Shown: piece after piece, positions 13,598 through 26,880 of the stretch
Position numbering within the stretch: position 1 is the first letter of the stretch
How the letters are laid out: the number at the start of each line of letters is the position of its first letter
Assembly: GCF_009834535.1 (NCBI RefSeq)
Contig: NC_045696.1
Coordinates: 36,830,001-36,894,000, forward strand
Length of the DNA: 64,000 nucleotides
Direction of reading: 5' to 3'
DNA from: Camelus ferus
Lineage: Eukaryota
Notes under the pieces: generated by a model
Told to the model about the DNA's origin: nothing
The model's database searches: none
The model's input: only the letters and a program-made list of their open reading frames with translations
Translations under genes and position numbers: made by a program

Positions 13598-14410
13598 TAT
13601 GTTAGTTTCCTATAGCTGCTTTCACAAATTACCACACATTTTGCAGCTTAAAACAACACAGATGTATTATCTTACAGTTCCAGAGGTCAGAAGTCCTAAA
13701 ATCAAAGAATCAGCAGGGCTGAGGTCCTACTGGAAGTTCTAGGGAAAAACCCATTTCCTTGCCTTTTTTTTTTTTCCAGTTTCTCGAGGCCACTTGTATT
13801 TCTTGGCTCACGGCTCCATCTTGCATTTTTCAAAGCAGGGGACTGTCTTCCTCTCTGCCTCTTTCTCTGCTTCTATCATCATCTTGCCCTTTATAGCACT
13901 GTCGTTCTAGCCTCGCTCTTATAAAGACCCTTTTTTTTTAGACTCCACATATAAGTGATAGCATATGATATTTGTTTCTGTGTGACTTACTTCACTTAAT
14001 ATTATATGTGGAATCTGAAAAAAATTACACAAATTCTATTTACAAACCAAAAACAGACTCACAGACATAGAAACAAACTATGGTTACCAAAGGGGAAAGG
14101 ACAGGGAGGGATAAATTAGGGATTGGGAACTAATAGACACACATTACTATAGACAAAATAAACAACAAAGACCTACTGTATAGCACAGGAACTACATTCA
14201 ATTTCTTGTAATAACATATAATGGAAAAGAATCTGAAAAGAAAAAAATATACATAAGTATGTATATGTAATTGAATCACGTTGCTGCACACCTGAAACTA
14301 ACATTGTAAATCAACTACACATCATTAAAAATTAAAAAAATAAGAGCGTTATGGGTTACATTGGATCCACTCAGATAATCCAGGATAATTTCCCTATCTC
14401 AAGATCCTTT
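13598..14410 (-). mobile_element. MLT1 (C/D-like) LTR split by an L1
   Basis: ttagtttcctatagctgct..acagttccagaggtcagaagtcc..; resumes at ~14345 with ttacattgg..cagataatccaggataatttccctatctcaagatcctt. Confidence 0.85.
13931..14341 (+). mobile_element. Young 5'-truncated L1 3' end with 5' inversion
   Basis: 13931-14000 is antisense L1 3'UTR. 14001-14341 is sense: tatatgtggaatct..cagactcacagacatag..ctactgtatagcacagg..A-tail. Confidence 0.85.
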
Positions 14411-15194
14411 CCAGGATCAGACGTAACAGAAAGCATTTTGAGATACTGACTTGGATGTATTTCTCACACTCATTTTACGACTGTTCCCTTTCAGGTCCCA
14501 TTAGGGAGCTCCTGTACTCTCTTATGGATAAAGCAATAAAACAAAATGTAGCTGCAGAAACTTTGGGTGTGAGTTCTAATGCATGTTCTGGAAATCATAG
14601 CAGAAAAAGTGCTTGAGAAAGCAAGGTTTTGTTTGCTTTTTTCTTGTTGTTTTTAATTCTAAAATTTCAAAGATCCGCAGGAAATGCCAGGGCCTCATCA
14701 GGGATCCATGCACAATAGATGTTGATATCCAAGAACAAGTGGTGATTTCACCAAATGAGTAAAACCGCAGTGGATGAGTTCTGCAAACCCAGGTACATCC
14801 TTCAGTTGCCAGAGCTACATGTAAAATCCCAGGGTCTTGGATCATATCTGGGAAAGGATAGGCAGAAAAAAAAAAAGAGAGGAGGGTATGTGAATTGGTG
14901 AAGTTTTCATGCAACAGGAAAGTAATAGGTTTCTTTGATAATACATATGATATGAATAATTATTTATTATTTGATAATAAATAAATTACTACCATTGGGC
15001 AAAACTGGAAGACTGAGAGCTAAGCCTCCTTACAGATTTATACAGAAATTTAATTTTTTTGCTGAGCTGAGTTTTTTTTGCTGGCACTGGAGCACTTTAT
15101 TTAATCCACTGAAGAATTCAATAAAGCAGATGCAATTTTTACTTCAATTATTATTTCTATTGAAACTTAGAGAGGTAATGCAGCTAGTGAATAA

Positions 15195-15705
15195 TGGTGG
15201 GAAACAATTCTCCGTGGGTCTTCTGAATTTCCGCACTTTTGTGGAGAGGCATTAATATTTTTTGTTCCAGACTATTTATCAAGGATACTGGTATACCAAA
15301 CAGCCCTGAAATATAGAAATAGTATCTTCTTTTTGCAGAGCAATGGATTTGTTTTCAGACTAGGAAAATAATGATAATGTCTCCCTACAGGTCAAATGTT
15401 GGGCAGGTTTGACACCAACTGCTCATAAGATACAGACTTTCTAACCCCTGAGTTCTTCACTGTGGCACAAACCTATTGTGCATGTGGCATCCACCTGTAC
15501 CTCTCTGCATGGCATCTCTGGGGCTTGAGGTCAAGAGGAACTGTTGTGAACAAGGAGTTCATGATGCCTGCTGTGCTTTGCATAATAAATCCTCTGTCTT
15601 TGACTCAGGAGTTTCATGTCTTCTGCCAGCATCTGTGACACTGTGACAGGTTAACTTATTAGTTTGCAAACAGAGTAAAATTTCAAATCTGCCACAGTTC
15701 TTCAA
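15195..15705 (+). mobile_element. ERVL solo LTR (MER54/MER73/MER74-group-like)
   Basis: aaacaattctccgtgggtct..; aataaatcctctgtctttgactcaggagtttcatgtcttctgccagcatc..aacttattagtttgcaa. Confidence 0.65.
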
Positions 15706-16309
15706 TGTAGTAGAAACAATATTACAATTTTGGCCATTTGACTCTAGAGCCCTGAATTGAAGCCAAGCTTTTGAATATTAGTCAGTGTCTACTGAGGGAA
15801 CCAGCTAAAAAGAAACTAGGATAAATATAATGAGTCAACTTGCCAGGTTCCTTAGTAAGCTCAGGCTTTGGTCCTCCTAGGTTGGCAGCAGGAGAGTTTC
15901 TTTACTTCATAAGCCACATTACCACTATCTTTTTTTCTCAAGGTATAATTGGTAAAACACTATTCTAAAAGAAGTAAATCCTCAATAAATCCTGGCATGA
16001 AAATTGTGGGGAAAAAGCAACCTTGGTATACCTTATCCTTCTCAGAAATTCTTAATACAGTAGCATTTAAACTCTGAGGGAAATCCTGCAATAAAGAACA
16101 TTATTTGACTTCTTTTATTCCAAATATCCCAGATTAATTGATAACAAAATTTCTGCTCACATCCTGTGGATCTGTTGTCCCACTGAACACATTTTGAGAA
16201 TCATTGAATGTGATGGATGTATCTTCTGGGCCTATTTTCATCCTGTTACCACAAAATTTGGAATAGCTGCTAGTTCAAATGGTTGTACCAGTACTAACAG
16301 ACATAAGGA

Positions 16310-16450
16310 AAGATTTGTGAGTCCACACTTGGGCTGCAGCAATTATTCTGAAACTTGGATTCACAATAAAATCATCAAGTGATGCTAAAAAGTTGATATT
16401 TTAAAAACTCCCTGAGCTAATATAATGTGCAGCTAGAGTTAAGTACCCAA
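16310..16450. mobile_element. MER5-like hAT-Charlie fragment
   Basis: ttttaaaaactccctgagctaatataatgtgcagctagagtt. Confidence 0.4.
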
Positions 16451-16549
16451 TGATAGAGCAATAAAGCAGGAACTTGCCTCTGGCTCCCAGGGAAATCGTA
16501 AAGAACAGAAGTCTAGAGTCCGTGCATCATTCTGTCAGTATGTCGCTGC

Positions 16550-16765
16550 TAGCAACACCCTACTTTATAAATTTTAGTTTAAATTAATATAATTAAACAA
16601 AACCAAGCATTCTATTTCTCTGTCATTTTCAACTACCTTTCACATACTCAGGAGCCACATGGATCTAGTGGCTACAGTTCTGAGCTATATATATAAATAT
16701 AATTCGTATATTTATATACGTAAAATATTTCCATCATCACAGAAAATTCTACTGAACAGTGCTGA
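16550..16765. mobile_element. MER3/MER33 hAT-Charlie element
   Basis: gccacatggatctagtggctac..atttccatcatcacagaaaattctactgaacagtgctg. Confidence 0.75.
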
Positions 16766-17974
16766 TATGCAAGGTCCAGAGTTCTCTCCCTGCATGGCTA
16801 TAGCTAAACTCAGAGGCTCTAGGTTTTGTTTTATTAAGACAGTCAGTGATCTTCCCTGAGGGGGAGCAAAGAGAACATGGATAGAAACCTATACAGAATG
16901 TGTGTGATATATGTATGTGTGGGTGTGTGTGGATGGGGACATGTGAGAATGCACGTGCTGTGGGAATAATTGTGATAGTCTCACTCCTTTAGCTCTAAAA
17001 TCATGCTAATATAAGAAAAAGTTGTAATGAAAGACTTAATATCCTTGGAAGTCCAGCTATAGGAATGTTTCCAAATAATCACTGCTTATTGTCTTAATAT
17101 TACTTCCCTAAATGGCTTTCTCTAATGGCATTACTATTGGTTTTCTTCCTGACAGTGCCTGATTTCTCTATCTCTTGTCCTGGAGTCACCCCATCAGTGG
17201 GGAAGAAATCATGACCAGTAGTTTTGTTCACTATTTCCTAAGACATTGCCACTACCTACAAGATCTGAAACTATAACCTAAATTTTTATTTAATATGCTC
17301 CCTACAGAAGGCTAGAAAAGTATCTCAGAAAACAAATGAAAATAAGCCAAGGGAAATTATTCAGTGTTATAAAAACACCTCGTTGTTTTGTTACATAAGA
17401 ATTTTTTTAAAGTTCTTGCAAAGGTGATTTTAACATTAAGCTATTCAGTATAAACTGTGGCGATGAAAGAGGGTGCTCTATAAAAGTTTATGGTTATCAA
17501 GTATGTGTCATTTAGTGAATTACATGAAGTGTGTGAGGAAAAAAAAATCATCCTTCCTTTATGATCACTTGTGTCATTTTTAAAAACACTGCTTAGCTAT
17601 AGGGAAGGGTGGTTAGTCGTTTCCTTTCTGTGGGAAATCTGACAAAGGGAGAATCCAAGAACTTAATTTTCTGACTCTGATTTAGATTTATTAGCCACAG
17701 ACTTTCATCAAATAGGAAAATATGAATACTTGTTGATGAATGATGTAAGGACTACTCTTAATACACTAATACTGTGTTTATGTTGTTGTCACTTTATGGA
17801 AGTAAGGAAAGGGATTAAGTGCTCCAGAATCAAATTTTTTGTGTGATCTGCTTTTATTTGTGGCAATTTTGAAAGGAATATGAGATTAGGGAACAATATT
17901 AATTGATTTTAATAGTTGCCTCAATTACCCCCCCAAAAATATCCTAATTGAGCAGTTAAATAGAATGAATTAAA

Positions 17975-19401
17975 AGATAATAAGAATATTATAGTTAACT
18001 CTGTGCTCATAAATATGATAAGCTGGATGACATAGATCAATCATAGTCTGCCAAAACCCACCCAAGAAGAAATTGATGATCTAAATGGGTCTAGTTCTAT
18101 TAATAAAATTGAATCAATAATTAATAATCTAACAAAACAGAAAGAGCGAGGCCCAGATGGGTTCACAGTGAATCCTACCAAGCGTTTAAGGGAGAAGTTA
18201 TACCAGCTTTCTGTCATCTCAGCAGAGGATACTCCTTACCTTGTTCTATGAAGTCAGCATTAGTCTAATAACAAAAACAAAGACATTACAAGAAAACAAC
18301 AGAACAATCTCTCTCATTGAACATAGATGCAAAAATTCCCAACAAAACAGTAGCAAATTAAATTCAACAACATATATAAAAATTATACACAGTGCTCAAG
18401 TGATATTTATACCAAGTATGCAGGGTTGGTTCAACATTCAAAAATCAATCAATACAATCCATTACCTCAAAAGTCTAAAAAAGAAAAATTATACAGTCAT
18501 ATCATTAGATACAGAAAAAAACATTTCAAAAAAATCTAACACCCATTGATGATAAAAACTCTTAGCAAAGTAGGAATAGAAGGGGACTTCACTAACTTGG
18601 TAAAAAAAAAAAACAGCTACAAAATACTTACAGCTGACATCATACTTAATGGTAAGAAAATTGAAGTTTTCACACTAAGAGGGATAAGGTAAAATGTCCC
18701 TTGTCACCACTGCTGTTCAATATCCTATTGGAAGTCCTGCCTAATACAATAAGGAAATGGAAATAAAAGGTATACAGATTGGGAGGAAGAAATAAAACTC
18801 TTTGTTCTCAGATGACCTGATTGTCTACAAAGAAAATTTAAAAGAATCAACAAAATGAGTCCTAGAAATAATAAGCAATTACAGAAGATTTCAGGAGATA
18901 AGGTTAACATACAACTATCAATCATTTTCCAGTAATGAACAAGTGGAATTTGAAATTAAAAACACATTATTATTTACATGCATACCAAAAATATGAAATA
19001 CTTGGGTATAAGTCTAACAAAACATGTACAAGATCTATAGGAGGAAAACTACAAAACTCTGATGAAAGATATCAAAGAAAAACTAAATAAATGGAGAGAT
19101 GTCCCATTCTGATAGATGGAAAGACTCAGTGTTAGTTCTTCCCAATAAGATGTATAGATTCAGTGCAATTCCAATCAAAATTTGATCAGGTTATTTTGTA
19201 GATACTGATAAACTAATTCTAAAGTTTATATAGGGAAGCAAAAGACCCAAAATAGCCACCACAGTTTTGGAGGAGAAGAAGTAAGTTGGAAGACTGATGC
19301 TACTAGACTTTAAGACTTAGCATAAAGCTACAATAATCAAGACAATGTGATACTGGTTAAAGAGTAGACAAATAGGCCTATAGAACAGATAGAAAGCACA
19401 G

Positions 19402-19468
<67 letters not shown>

Positions 19469-20215
19469 CAGAAATAATAGAACCACATAAATATAATCAA
19501 CTGATCTTTGACAGAAGAGCAAAGGCAGTACAAGGGACTGATGATCATCTTTTCAGCAAAACATTGATGTTGACATCCTGGAACAACTGGACATCAACAT
19601 GCAAAAAACTGAATTTGGACACAGATCTTAATACCCTTTACAAAAATTAACTCAAAATGGATCACAGACCCAAATGTAATATGTAAAACTATAAAACTCT
19701 TGGAAGATCACTTGGAGAAACCCTAGATGACCTTGGGTATGGTGATACCTTTTTAGATACAATGCCAAAAGCATGATCCATAAAAGAAAGAATTGATAAG
19801 CTGGACTTTATTAAAATTTAACACATCTGCTCTGCAAAAGATACCGTTCTAAGAATGAGAAGACAAGCCAAAGTTTGGGAGAAAACATTTACAAAAGACA
19901 TTTGATAAAGGGCTGTTATGCAAGATATACAAAGAACTTTTAAAACTCAACAAGAAAAGAAACAACCCAATTTAAAAATGACCTAAGATCTGAACAGACA
20001 ACACACCAAAGGAGATATACAGATGGCAAATAAGCATATGAAAAGATACTCAACATCATATGCCATCAGGAAATTGAAAATTTAAACACAATTGAGATAC
20101 CACAACACACCTATTAGAATGACTAAAATCCAAAACACTAACACCACTAAATGCTGGCAAGAGTGGGAAGCAATGGTAATTCTCATTCATTGCCATTGGG
20201 AATGCAAAATTGTAT
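17975..20215 (+). mobile_element. L1M ORF2 (RT to C-terminal) fragment, decayed
   Basis: ORF 18241..18549: FYEVSISLITK..IFIPSMQGWFNIQKSINTIHY..ISLDTEK (L1 ORF2 RT). L1 homology continues to 20215. Confidence 0.95.
19404..19468. repeat. (ATA)n microsatellite, about 21-22 units
   Basis: Perfect ataataata tract inside the L1. Confidence 0.97.
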
Positions 20216-22969
20216 ATATACATTTTTCTGTTTGTTTTCATCCTCTTTAAAACCACACAAATTCAGTAACGTTGAGGATTGTTTGTATGTATAAAACATA
20301 TATTGTTTTATATACATATAATTTTTATAGCATTTAGGAGACAAAGTAGTATGGATTTAGTAAGCATTAAATTTATGACTTTTATTTGGAAAACATACAA
20401 AATTACACATTTAATACTATATAGAAATAGGAGATAGATACAATAGACTGGTATGAGTTAAGACTACAGAACTGACATGTAAATTTGGCAATATACTTTA
20501 TTTTAACTATATAACATTAATATTGAAATATAGTAAACAGTATTTCAAATTTATCTGTCTTCAGGAGTTTCCAGATAAAAAGGTCCATAGTATGAAACAG
20601 ATGCAGTTGAACTAACAATCTCTTTCAGAAGTGCACTTGTAGATACAATTTCTCACCGAAGTATCACTGAAAAGTAATCATGTAGTAAGGGGAAATATTT
20701 TCATTAGATAGTAAATGATGCTGCACTTCTAAGCCCAGATTACAGTAACAATTACAGGTAAAGGGTATGTTTGAAAGTAAATACAGCACAAATCTGGCAA
20801 AACAATCTATCTGATCCAGGCTATGATTTTTTTTTTCTGAAAAAGTAACTAACCTGTGTTAAACTATATACATACAAATATGCACGTAAAATCCCCATTA
20901 GCTCGTTATTGATATTCCTTACCGTAAATATTTCTGCTGTAGTATACTGATCTTCTTTCAACTAAAAAAAATGAAGGCGTATCTAACTCTGAAAGGTTTT
21001 TGTTTCTGTTCTGTTTTTTTAGCTCAGGAAATGTAGTTTTAAGGGTCACATGTCCTTGCTAGCTTGTGCGCAACTGTAGGTACTTTGTAGGTAAACTTGA
21101 GCTTCCTCTAGTCCACTGCTGCCCTGAAAGCCAAACCCTTGTCTCATTCAGCCTCATACTCCTACTGACCAGCATCTTCTTCAGGTCCTCCCCTAATCCT
21201 ACCTTCTTAAACAGCCCTCTCCTTTCTCAGGTTCCAGCTACTTGACCACCTCTACTAAGCCACAGTCTTCATTTTTCATAAATATGAAATTCAAAAGAGG
21301 TGCCTGTCTGTGATTTTGCTTCTGCATCAACCTTAAGCTTATATGCTGAGTATGATATAAAGAATTTAAAGTGAATTATTTACTCCATTGTTCTTTCAAA
21401 GTAGGTCTGTTGCTAACAGGTCTCTGGGTATTCATACAAAAGTCACATAGCTATAAAAGGAAAGAAACGAATGCCAGGCACACAGCACCAAGCTGAGAAA
21501 CCAAATGTTAAGCAGGGACAGTGCAGGGGCTTAGAGGTTAGCAGTGAGACCCAGTTTTGACTGCTATTTGGAATAGCAAACATTCTAATGAGTATGGAGT
21601 ATTATAGGATTCCCAAGTAATAAAGAAGGTTGGCATCAGTGCCCACCTTGTAGCCATGTTACGACCAATAATTTAAGGATGAGATGAAAGAAAGAAAAAG
21701 GCATTTCATAGTCTCCATCAAACAAAGGAATAGAGTGGTAATATTTTAGTCATTTCCCCCTTCAAGGCAGAAATTAATGATATAATTAATAACAACTTAA
21801 GCAAAATGTAGTAAATATAGAAGTTAGTCAATAGAAAAGATGGTGCTCCTGTTAGATGTGATCTAATTTCACCCAAGGACTAGACTGTTACTGGTCTTCA
21901 ATCATTAGATTCTCAATGTTTCAGAGAAGTTCTGTTCCAGGAGTAAAGAGGTTGTGTGTTTTGCTGTGAGGAAACCCTCAGACACTTTCAGTTGCAGCGC
22001 AATTTCCTGCATCTGAGGGATGCTCAGTGACTTACTTACCAAGAAATTCCAGTGTGGAGCAGTCTGCCATAAACTTGGACGCTGGAGGTCCAGTCTTGGG
22101 AAAAACCTCCCTCTAGGTCAGCTATTGTGTATCCTGTGACATCAGGAATAACACAGTATGTACTGATGCCCCTTCCCTTTTACCAGTTCATGGGGAAAGA
22201 TGAGGAAAAGAGAAAAAAAATCAGAATTTCTGGCTGTTCTATGTTCCTCAAGCCTCTGGCACAGCTGCTATGCTCAGTCTAGGCAAAAGGGTTTGAAAAT
22301 GAGCTTTTCAATTATTTATCTGACATTTCTTCCTCATTCACAATATGGGATTCCATCCCCATCCCTGTATCTCTAAGTGCTTTTGTAAAAATTGTGATCA
22401 TTTTGGCATTTTGAGATCAATATTCCCTGAATTAAGGTTCAAATGCCTATATAAATCCTGTGGCGATTTTATTTGTAGGTAGACAGGGAGAAATTATTTT
22501 CTTAAAATGTTAATGCATATTTAGTGATTTAAAATAATGGGCCAGGCTGATAATACATCTTTATGTACTAACCATCAAAAAAAAGTTTGTACAAAAATCA
22601 TTGCTGTATTCTTCCACTACTGTTTTTTTTTTTCCCCCATTCAGTTGATCCTAAATACAAATGTATTTGAAAAACAAAGCATAAGAAATCACTTTTCTTG
22701 GCTAATTCCCATGGTACCTGACAATTAAGGAACATTTCAAATCAATTCATCCTAAACAATTGATGCCTTACAATAAAACATCCCAAACTCAATGGTATAA
22801 ATTTCCCTAAGATACAACTGCTTATTAACAGCTGAGCTTTTGCCACCTTTCCAAGGTGAAAAGGCCTAGAGGCCAATTCAACAAGCATTTGTAGAGGACT
22901 TCTTATACTTAAGTCAGTGATAAGCATTATGGGATTCAAAGAAGAAAAGAAGTGATGGATCTTGCCTTC

Positions 22970-23390
22970 AAGTAACATGCACTATTCAGTGTAACAGTGC
23001 AGAATGAGAAAGGCAGCAGAGTTGAAGCACGAACAAAATGCTCAGAAAAACTACAGGAGGGAATGATCAGTGAGAAGGGAGAGCTTGATTGAATAAATGC
23101 TAATTGATCTGGACTTTAAACAATGAGCTGAACTTAGGTAAGCAAAGAAGAGGAGAATTCACAATAGACACACATTTATATGGAGATGAGAAGGTAATAG
23201 CTTATGCACAAAATCAAGATCAAAACTAGTGATATGGTGAACATGGTTTTGTTGCCACTGTTAAGAGCCTAACATGTTTTAGACATTCTTACCTCTCATT
23301 TCAACTTTGTTTTTCTCCATAGCACAATTTACACTCTAATATACTCGATAACTTACATATTCTTATTTATTCTGACTCTCAGGGACAGGA
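22970..23390. mobile_element. L2 fragments
   Basis: tttttctccatagcacaatttacactctaatatact (L2a 3' region) and an upstream purine-rich L2 segment. Confidence 0.5.
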
Positions 23391-23449
23391 TTGCTCGCTG
23401 TGCGCATGCATATACATACACGCGCGCACACACACACACAAATACTTTC

Positions 23450-23545
23450 TATTCTTGTTTGATTTCTAGCTAGACTCTATTTTCCCTTCTCCCTTGTAAT
23501 TAGGTGTGTCCATGTGAATGAGTTCTAGTCATTGTATGAGAATCC
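23450..23545 (+). mobile_element. MLT1 LTR 5' piece
   Basis: ctagactctattttcccttctcccttgtaattaggtgtgtccatgtgaatgagttcta. Confidence 0.55.
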
Positions 23546-23559
23546 AGGAAAATATTTTT

Positions 23560-25120
23560 AGGGACTCTCATTTATTTAAACAATTTGATTTAAAATGTAT
23601 TAAAGAATTCATGGGCCCATGTGAGGTATGGTGATTTAGCAGTAGAATAATAAGTAGAGAGCAGTTACTTCTGAATTGGTTTATTATCCGATAAATGCGT
23701 GCAAAGAATCTCGACGGTGTCCATGCACCATCTCTTCTTGTTCAGATAAAGGAGCCTCTCTGGGTTCTTTATTCCCAAATGTGACATTCTTGGCTAATTT
23801 CTTATCTCCCATTGTGAGAAAAAAGTAGCAACTGTGTTATTACTAACAATGCCATGGCTTTTTAGAACCTGTTTGTATTTAAACCATATATATCCTCCTC
23901 CCTCTGCATGTTTCTAATGTCATTTATTTAATGCCGATTGCATCATCACTCAAGACTGCATTATCTATCATGCTGTCTGAGACTACCAGCCTTCAAGGAC
24001 TTTCTCAGAAATTCTTATTGTGCTTCATTGGTGATGACCACAAATGCAAGCATTATCCAGAGAATGCAGAATAGTGTGAAAGATGATTCATTTTCTGGTC
24101 ACTTTAAGGTTGCCGTTATGAAAGTATAATAGTATCCTTTCTAACCATATTTTCTCGTAGACTCTTTAAGCCATAATCACTATACTCTTGGAATGTGATC
24201 TCTTTGAAAGTCGATTACATCACCGACTTCCACATACCATCATCATTGGAGAGGGTAGATAAGGGGACCGATGGGTGGAGCAAGAAGAGCAGTTACATCT
24301 ATCTGAGAAGTGTCCATCTGTCCTCTGGCATGGCGTAAGACTGGGATGAGCACAGTGCCCCCCGCATCTTTTGGCGGCAAGAACAGTCAGAGGACCCTTT
24401 GTCACTGTGGAGCAATAAATAGGTGTAGTTTCTCCTAAAGAATGGCCTGACATATGGTACTAGGTACTATCAGAAGGGGGTTCACAGAATCAAAGACCCC
24501 TTTTGCACCACTTACCATCTTTGGTCGCTGCAAACAAGAATCAGGACCAGAGTCACGATGCGGACCAGTGAGAGCTGATGGATGAGAGAGAGTTGATTCA
24601 TGGGCTCATACACATGGTTCAAACCCAAAATGTGGGATGAGTCATAGGTAGCCTTGATCTCCAAAGTCAACATATGTCCAACACGAGTGAGTCTCCCAAC
24701 GTCAGCATGCCAACTAATTCAGGCACTCTAATTTTAAGCAACCCTGAAAATGAATACCATAATAGCTAGTGGGAGTGACTCGCTCATCAGGCTGCCTTTC
24801 TAAAACCAACATGTGCGCACAGGAGCACAGAATGATCTCATAGACTTAAACCCTAGAGCTATCTGCAGTATCTAGTTGACCCCACATGTGAGGTAGAGGG
24901 TCACAGAGTAACCCAAGGTGAGAAATGGAGATGAGAGTCCACAAAGGACCTAGTCTGCAATCCAGGCGTCCTATTTAAACAGGACTCCTGGCCAGTCCCA
25001 GGCCAGTGCCAGACATCTGGGAGACTTACAAAATCACAAATAAGGTGCCCGAGAGCATGGACCCCTGAGGTGCAGGGCCTGACACAGAAGCCCTGCATGC
25101 CTGCGTCTAAGGGCTGTATT
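23560..25120 (-). mobile_element. hAT-Tip100 (Zaphod/MER115-like) DNA transposon remnant
   Basis: Right end gtctaagggctgtattt = revcomp aaatacagcccttagac, similar to the Zaphod/MER115 terminus cagtaccgcccttagac. GC-rich subterminal region and decayed coding-like interior. Confidence 0.5.
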
Positions 25121-25249
25121 TGTTCTAGCCAATAGAATATAAGCGCAAGTGAAGAATACCACTTCTGACCTTGGAATATAAGGGTGTACAAAGATTTTGC
25201 ATTTATTTTTTTTTTTTTGTCTGCTAGATATTGTATCCCAGCAATATCT

Positions 25250-25405
25250 TAAAGGCACAAGTTAAATGGATGTGTCAAGCAAAATAGCCCTACCTCCACT
25301 GACCCAGAGGAGCAGTTTTGACTATGTATATATGAAAAGTTCTATTTTGTTTGAGCCATTATGTTTTGGGGTTTGTTTGTTTTAGTAGTTGCAACTCTAA
25401 GTAGT
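25250..25405 (+). mobile_element. MLT1 LTR 3' piece
   Basis: aaaagttctattttgtttgagccattatgttttggggtttgtttgttt. Confidence 0.55.
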
Positions 25406-25540
25406 TTGTTTAGTATAATCTCTCACTAAAATGTAAACTCAACAAGGATTGAGATTTTCACTTGCTTTGTTCCTGTTTCATTTCTAGTGTCTGGAAAAAT
25501 TTCAGATATAGTTGTTGTCTATAATGATTGATAATAAGCA
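25405..25540 (+). mobile_element. L2 3' end
   Basis: cactaaaatgtaaactcaacaagg..gagatttt..tagtgtctggaa. Confidence 0.6.
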
Positions 25541-26644
25541 TAGCCTTCAATAAAGGACTCACTTGAAAAAATAAATCAAATATTTAAAGGAACATAGTTC
25601 TAGGAGCTCAGTAATAGGAATGGGACCACATGAAAAAAGAAGAGGAAGATTCAACTTATTGTATACTTGGATCTTTAGTGCTCATTATAAAGACATCGGT
25701 AAAGAAGCTTCAGGCCACATGTGACCTTCAGAACAAAACTGAGGAGATTATTAATATACCTCATTCCATGGTCACAGGGACTGCAATGAACTGAACCTGC
25801 CAGTGAAAGACCTCAGTGATTAGAACTGAGGGGAAGGCAAAGCCACGAGCTGGTGCAGGCAGCTTGCAGATGTTGTACGGCAACCTGAAGGGCCATCGTT
25901 CTTCCCATAAAATGCATGTATTTCCAGAATGCGTGGTTCTTACTACATGAGGAATCTAAAATTTTATTTAAGGGGATCTTTATTGGATTACCATTGTGGT
26001 GGGCAAGCTGTTTAGATCATAATTGCTCATAAATAAGCAATTTTAGCAAAAATAAGAATATTGGCACACAAAGGTCAGAGCCAATAGACTGGCTATACAG
26101 AAGCAGCCATTGAAACAGTAGCACAGGCTCTTCACCCAGGGCTCAATTTTATTTGTTAATTCAAATCGAATAAATACATATTATTGAGTGCTACACAGAA
26201 GTTTGGAAGTACAGAAATAGTCATCTAATTGTAAGGCAGAATAGCTGTATTGAAACCTTAAATTAAAACAAAACCAGCAAAAATTGAGAAGTAGAAATAA
26301 TTAGGTAATCCAGATTTTTGTTCTAATGGGTCTAGGTCAAGGCTGATCTCTGCTCATTTTCCATTCTGTCCTCTGCTTGGCCTGTCGCAGGTAATCAGCC
26401 CTGCGGGTTGAGTAACAGCTAGTACAGTGACTGAACCCAGAGTAGCCTGCGCTCTCGTTCCTAAGCAAGCAACTCCAAAGTGTGTTAAGGTTTAGAGCAT
26501 CACTAATGAGCAGGAGGTGGGAATGGGCAGACAAAGGAAATAAACTGTGGGTAGGTTAGTGATAAGGTAGGCTTAATTTTCCCCTCATGATTCTACATGC
26601 ATAATATGAAAATTAAAGTCTTGAAGAGCAGAATTAGCTTTAAT

Positions 26645-26880
26645 CATAGCACGGCATGGGAGTAAGGAGTTTAAAGTCTGAAGTCAGCTGCCTGGGTTTA
26701 AATTTCAACTTTCCTACCTACTAGATGTGTATCTTTGGACAAAGTGCTTAATCTTTCTGTGCCTCAGTTTCCTGATATTTAAAATTGAGATAGAAATAAT
26801 ACCTACTTTATGAAGACTGAATTAAAAAGTATTTGTGAAGTTCCTGATCTGAAGCATACACTATGTAAGGATTCTATAAA
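26645..26880 (+). mobile_element. MIR SINE
   Basis: ctgcctgggtttaaat..ttaatctttctgtgcctcagtttcctgatatttaaaattgag. Confidence 0.85.

Noticed and set aside
19337..19522. Poly-isoleucine ORF
   Set aside because: It is only the translation of the (ATA)n microsatellite within L1.
22040..22133. In-frame TGA as a possible selenocysteine codon
   Set aside because: No recognisable selenoprotein context or SECIS element, and the reading frame is not established.
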